Positions 62,921-64,000 of a stretch of 64,000 nt of DNA are shown piece after piece (the first letter of the stretch is position 1; each line of letters begins with the position of its first letter). The position numbers and the translations under genes are program-made. This DNA comes from Mantamonas sphyraenae STR306 (taxonomy: Eukaryota; Protista; CRuMs): the NCBI GenBank assembly GCA_026936335.1, contig JAPMXV010000035.1, forward strand, positions 124,001 through 188,000. The letters run 5' to 3'. The notes below the pieces were generated by a model. The model made no database searches and was not told the DNA's origin. It saw only the letters and a list, made by a program, of their open reading frames with translations.

Positions 62921-63861
62921 ATGCAGAAGCACAGCAAAAAGCAAAGTCGTCCGTCCGTCGAAGAGATGCAGGTTGACGACGAAGACGTGGTTGTGATCGA
63001 ACAAGAGGAGCTGGAGGAGGAGGAGTACGACGTGGACGAAGTGGAGGAGGAGGACGCGCTGGACGTGGAGGAGTCGTCATCGTCTTCGTCACGCAAGGGG
63101 AAGAAGAAGCCCAAGTTTGGGAAGCTGAGTGCGAAGGAGCTGGCTGGGGCGATTGAAGGACGGCGGATTTCGATCCCCCCTCATCGATACACGCCTCTGC
63201 ATGACGCATGGGATGACATCTGTGACGTGCTTGTGGACGAGTTGGGACTGGACGCGCGCGTAAACACACGGACGCGTGTGGTGGAGCTGAAGACGAACGA
63301 GTACACGGAGGAGGCAAATGCGCTGCAGCTGGGTCAGGACTTTGTGCGTGCGTTCTTGCTGGGGTTTGAGCTGGACGACGCAGTGGCGTTGACACGCATG
63401 GACGATCTGTACATCGACACCTTTGAGTTTAAGGACGGTGAGTTTGCGTGTGCAGAGCGGCAAGGGGCGCCGGTGTTGCATGTGTGGGGGGGGGTCCCCA
63501 CGGATTTTTCAGCAGCGCCCGGCGAGTGGTTTTTCCGGGAAGAGGCTTAGGGGAGAGTGGCTGACACGGATGGACGGAATGGGATGGGGTGTGTGTGTGG
63601 TGTGCAGTGAAAATCATCAGCGGAGACAACCTGAGCCGAGCGATTGCGCGTGTGGTGGGCAAGGACGGACAGACGTTGTACACGATTGAAAACACAACGC
63701 GTACGCGTATTGTGGTGGCAGGGAGCAAGGTGAGCATCCTGGGATCGTATGCAAACATTGCCATTGCACGCGGTGCAATCTCAGACCTGATCATGGGCTC
63801 GCCTGCAGGCAAGGTGTATAGCAAACTGCGCACGATTTCGTCGCGGCTGAACGAGTCGTAG
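62921..63861 (+). CDS. PNO1: Pre-rRNA-processing KH-domain protein PNO1/Dim2
   Basis: RISIPPHRYTPL, DFVRAFLLGF, LSRAIARVVGKDGQT, LIMGSPAGKVYSKLR; intron 63438-63607. Confidence 0.95.
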
Positions 63862-64000
63862 TTGCGCAAAACGAGATGGGAGAGCAAGATGGGTGGAACG
63901 GAGAGTGGCTGGCTGTTGAGTGGATGTGAATGAAATTGGGTGTGCGAATGGCACACAGGCAGGAAAAGGCGTCCCTTGGCGCAGGATCCCTTGACGACGA

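Overview
Gene-dense, intron-containing eukaryotic nuclear DNA, GC-rich, with GT-AG introns that often carry (CA)n/(TG)n tracts. TCTE1/DRC5 and SAXO-like genes point to a flagellated protist. About 32 protein-coding genes are packed with very short spacers, many as head-to-head pairs. Recognisable genes include TYW1, an SPP-type protease, PDK1, a CARMIL-like LRR protein, AP-1 sigma, PAC4, TCTE1, an MFS transporter, 5-oxoprolinase, a VPS41-like protein, a class IV-like deacetylase, gamma-glutamyl hydrolase, ERCC1, condensin NCAPH, two DsbA-like paralogs, TauE, RhoGAP, an LSM10-like protein and PNO1. The standout is a ~5.4 kb segment (51659-57066) lying between the two DsbA paralogs and bounded by a 17-bp imperfect inverted repeat. 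It encodes one spliced ~1643-aa protein. That protein has an N-terminal FEN1/XPG-family (PIN-fold + H3TH) 5'-nuclease domain retaining all seven acidic catalytic positions, ~700 aa of unassigned sequence, a poly-Ser linker, and a C-terminal Fanzor/TnpB-type RuvC + zinc-finger module with an intact D-E-D triad. It is a candidate RNA-guided dual-nuclease (flap-endonuclease-Fanzor fusion) element. Seven single-base frameshifts in host genes look like long-read indel errors. All gene and domain calls are by eye from motifs; no searches were run.
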